Assembly: GCA_947632535.1 (NCBI GenBank)
Contig: CANRPR010000003.1
Coordinates: 1 to 52,518 of the forward strand
Reading direction: 5' to 3'
Origin: an uncultured Clostridia bacterium
GTDB lineage: Bacteria; Bacillota; Clostridia; TANB77; CAG-508
Length of the DNA: 52,518 nucleotides
In this document: positions 50,345 to 52,518 of the stretch, piece after piece
Layout: each line of letters starts with the position of its first letter
Position numbering within the stretch: the first letter of the stretch is position 1
Position numbers and translations under genes: made by a program
The notes under the pieces: generated by a model
The model's input: only the letters and a program-made list of their open reading frames with translations
Told to the model about the DNA's origin: nothing
The model's database searches: none

Positions 50345-50674
50345 TTATAATTTGATTTCTATATCAACACCTGCTGGTAAGTCTAATTTCATAAGACTGT
50401 CAACAGTTTTTTGTGTTGGATAAAGAATATCTATAACTCTTTTATGTGTTCTCATTTCAAATTGTTCTCTTGAATCTTTGTCCTTATGAGGACAACGTAA
50501 AATTGTTACAACTTCTTTTTGTGTTGGTAGTGGAATAGGACCTGAAACTTTTGCTCCTGTTCTTTTAGCAGTATCTACTATTTTCTCAGCAGACTGATCT
50601 AAAACAACATGGTCATAAGCCTTTAATCTTATTCTAATTTTTTGGTTTACTACCGCTTGATTTGTTGTTGCCAT
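50345..50674 (-). CDS. rpsJ: 30S ribosomal protein S10
   Basis: [23 protein letters not shown]. Confidence 0.98.
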   Translation of the reverse strand: MATTNQAVVNQKIRIRLKAYDHVVLDQSAEKIVDTAKRTGAKVSGPIPLPTQKEVVTILRCPHKDKDSREQFEMRTHKRVIDILYPTQKTVDSLMKLDLPAGVDIEIKL

Positions 50675-50751
50675 AGTATATTTCCCTCCTTAATTTTAAA
50701 AATGTTACCTGGCAAGTTTAAACACTTCCTAGTGTTTCTTTTTTGTCCACT

Positions 50752-50782
50752 AAAAATTCCCAAGTGCATGATAATTCTTGGG
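50752..50782 (-). terminator. attenuator-like hairpin in the S10 operon leader
   Basis: Minus-strand CCCAAG-AAUUAUCAUGCA-CUUGGG followed by AAUUUUU, about 75 nt upstream of the rpsJ ATG. Confidence 0.4.
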
Positions 50783-50911
50783 ATAAGTGTGTTTTATATA
50801 ACTTACCGCCTGGTCTATGCCAAGACATACTCCGCGAAAGTTCCCTCCAATTCTAGTTTACTCTAGCATTGTAGCCACATTTCGCCTCAACGCAAATCTA
50901 CATGCCTGTAT

Positions 50912-50940
50912 ATTATATAACGCAATATTTACAATGTCAA
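50912..50940 (-). promoter_or_regulatory. consensus sigma-A promoter of the S10 operon
   Basis: Minus strand TTGACA (50940-50935), 17 nt, TATAAT (50917-50912). Perfect hexamers, giving a leader of about 230 nt. Confidence 0.7.
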
Positions 50941-50992
50941 GTGTTTTTTGTAATTTTTTCTTGTTTTGGCGTAATTTTGTTTATGTAAAATA

Positions 50993-51052
50993 TAATAAAA
51001 AACTGTACAAATTTTCAAAGTGTCTTACTATTTCTTTGAAATTTGTGCAGTT
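50993..51052 (-). terminator. intrinsic terminator after the FGE/CLec-fold gene
   Basis: About 18-bp stem, AACTGCACAAATTTCAAAG...CTTTGAAAATTTGTACAGTT on the minus strand, followed by TTTTTATT. Confidence 0.7.
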
Positions 51053-51107
51053 TTTTGTGTGTGCTATTTTTCAGTTAATCTGTAAAACTATTATATTTTT
51101 GGAATAC

Positions 51108-51225
51108 TCAGAATGTTAGTACTGGACGGAATCCCACATCAATCCATGCTTGACCACCATAGGCTGAATCTCTAAGAACTCCTATCGAGCCAATGTCACT
51201 ACGTGCCCATCCTCCGTCGTGTCAA
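51108..51225 (-). other. GC-rich C-terminal cassette of the FGE/CLec-fold gene (variable-region-like), out of frame with the upstream ORF
   Basis: Own translation of the frame that ends at TGA 51110-51108: ...GGWARSDIGSIGVLRDSAYGGQAWIDVGFRPVLTF*. This is the expected RGG...GFRxVL end of the fold. The annotated ORF leaves this frame near 51215-51219 and stops at 51199. Confidence 0.6.
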
Positions 51226-52518
51226 AAAATCAAAAGCAGCACTACCTATTATTACACAGTCATTATTCCATGTTGTTCCCAATTTTTCCTCTTTATCATT
51301 AATATCTGTTTTCCAACCCGCTGTTGTTCCATTTATTAATCCCCTATAGCTCCAATTTCCTGTTACTTCATTCATTCCTATTCCCTTTTTTTCTGCTAGT
51401 TTATTCCATGTTATTTCTGCTAATTCTTTTCTTTTTTGTTCTGCTTCTATATTTTTATTGCCCATTCCCCATAATGCATCTTGCGTTATAGGTCCTGATA
51501 CTCCAGTTATTGTTATGCTATTGCTTTTTTCTTCATCACTTACTTCATATGTTTCCCAATACTTTACATACTGTGTTTCTAATTCATTTACAGTATTAAA
51601 GTATTTTATTTCTGTAGTACCATGAGTATTACTTTTTCCTTTTTCACTTATATTTTTATTCCTATTATTAAAAAACACTGCTACAAATTCTGATGCTCCT
51701 CCACTCATATCATATATTCCATACACATTTCCTGTTGTACTTGCTAATTGTCCCAATGCTGTATTATAATTATGAGTTCCTTTGTTCCATTCTTCTGAGT
51801 CATATACATTTTCATCATTTGATGTAAATGGTCCAGCACCTGTGTGCAAGTCAAAAGAAGTAATATCCACATCTACATTTCCGTTACTCATAGGAACATT
51901 ACCAAAAGCGCTATAACACAAATATGCTACTGCTCCCCACTCATTATTTTTAATTAAGTGACTATCTACTGTAGTATCCCAACCATATTTGTTTAATGTA
52001 TCATTTTTCATTTCCATACTTTGATATTGGCTTTCTCCTATGGTTATGTGTCTCCAACTTATTGCATCTGGCAATACTTTTACATATGTACTGTCGTCTG
52101 CTTCTGTTACTGATTCTGTTCCTCCTTCTCTATTTCCTACTGCTTTATTTTCACTATTTAATCCACTTGCTTCAAACTTTGCTACCCATATCCCTGTTAG
52201 GTCTTTTTCTCCAAATCTGAATGCTGGATGTACTATTTTTGGTGTCGGTTGGTTTGGCGATACTTGACTTAAATCATAATTATATGTTCCATCATCATTT
52301 TTCGTTACTTCTATTCCTGTTTCCTCGTCTGTTCTTGCTCCATAATCTACTCCGTCTGTTCCTATATTACTTGTACCTTTTAAGAATGTTATACTTATTC
52401 TTTTTGTTTTTGAATTTGTTTCTGCTGGTGTTTCTTCATTTGATGTCTTTGTTCCTTCTCTTATACTATATGCATATCTTGGTATCCATACAAAAAATGT
52501 TGTTATATCTTCCATTGG
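51199..52518 (-). CDS. FGE-sulfatase / C-type-lectin-fold protein (partial, N-terminus beyond right edge; 3' end frameshifted)
   Basis: FVWIPRYAYSI, HPAFRFGEKDLTGIWVAKFEAS and NVYGIYDMSGGASEFV resemble the FGE/SUMF1-type CLec fold (compare GLYDMSGNVWEW). The ORF is open to the window edge. Confidence 0.65.
   Translation of the reverse strand, partial: PMEDITTFFVWIPRYAYSIREGTKTSNEETPAETNSKTKRISITFLKGTSNIGTDGVDYGARTDEETGIEVTKNDDGTYNYDLSQVSPNQPTPKIVHPAFRFGEKDLTGIWVAKFEASGLNSENKAVGNREGGTESVTEADDSTYVKVLPDAISWRHITIGESQYQSMEMKNDTLNKYGWDTTVDSHLIKNNEWGAVAYLCYSAFGNVPMSNGNVDVDITSFDLHTGAGPFTSNDENVYDSEEWNKGTHNYNTALGQLASTTGNVYGIYDMSGGASEFVAVFFNNRNKNISEKGKSNTHGTTEIKYFNTVNELETQYVKYWETYEVSDEEKSNSITITGVSGPITQDALWGMGNKNIEAEQKRKELAEITWNKLAEKKGIGMNEVTGNWSYRGLINGTTAGWKTDINDKEEKLGTTWNNDCVIIGSAAFDFLTRRRMGT

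Overview
This window comes from a low-GC, endospore-forming Firmicute (Clostridia-like) chromosome, and almost every gene is on the minus strand. Only three plus-strand genes are supported: an MFS transporter, an alpha/beta SASP and a GC-rich orphan.

Gene content, left to right:
- A truncated pilin-like gene, then splB, a GNAT gene, tmRNA (ssrA), yqeG and the MFS transporter.
- A forespore/sporulation block (gpr, spoIIQ-like M23 peptidase, spoIID, sigF-spoIIAB-spoIIAA) placed directly downstream of ftsZ.
- The end of the dcw cluster: murA (frameshifted), divIB, two DUF881 genes, sbp, ftsA and ftsZ.
- A NodB deacetylase, pyrG, mbl, a SASP, an XRE/TM regulator and hpf preceded by a probable raiA-motif RNA.
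- A KAP-family P-loop NTPase inserted between comFC and the raiA RNA/hpf.
- A four-gene glycan-modification cluster: GT2, a histidine-phosphatase::GT-D fusion, an unknown GT-A-like protein and a pyruvyl transferase.
- aspS, the GC-rich orphan gene, and thrS with a T-box leader.
- The complete S10-spc-alpha ribosomal superoperon (rpsJ to rplQ), which has no room for rpmD.
- A partial FGE/C-type-lectin-fold protein at the right edge.

Most interesting observations:
1. A diversity-generating-retroelement (DGR)-like pair of signals.
   - An orphan copy of a C-type-lectin C-terminus lies in the mbl-ssp spacer (19952-20112). It is Asn-saturated, frame-broken and looks like a DGR template repeat.
   - Its Asn positions coincide with the variable positions of the GC-rich C-terminal cassette of the right-edge gene (51108-51225).
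   - No reverse transcriptase is present in the window.
2. A lone KAP NTPase inserted at the otherwise conserved comFC/raiA-hpf junction.
3. A composite intergenic repeat family in four copies, built from about 32-nt units containing the palindrome TTGGACA-N3-TGTCCAA. Three copies abut stop codons in the same orientation. One sits between the thrS T-box terminator and the thrS ribosome-binding site.
4. Several frame disruptions (murA, the comFC 5' end, the variable-protein 3' end). These may be assembly errors or real decay.

No rRNA, tRNA, CRISPR array, transposase or integrase was seen. Coordinates of small motifs were counted by hand.
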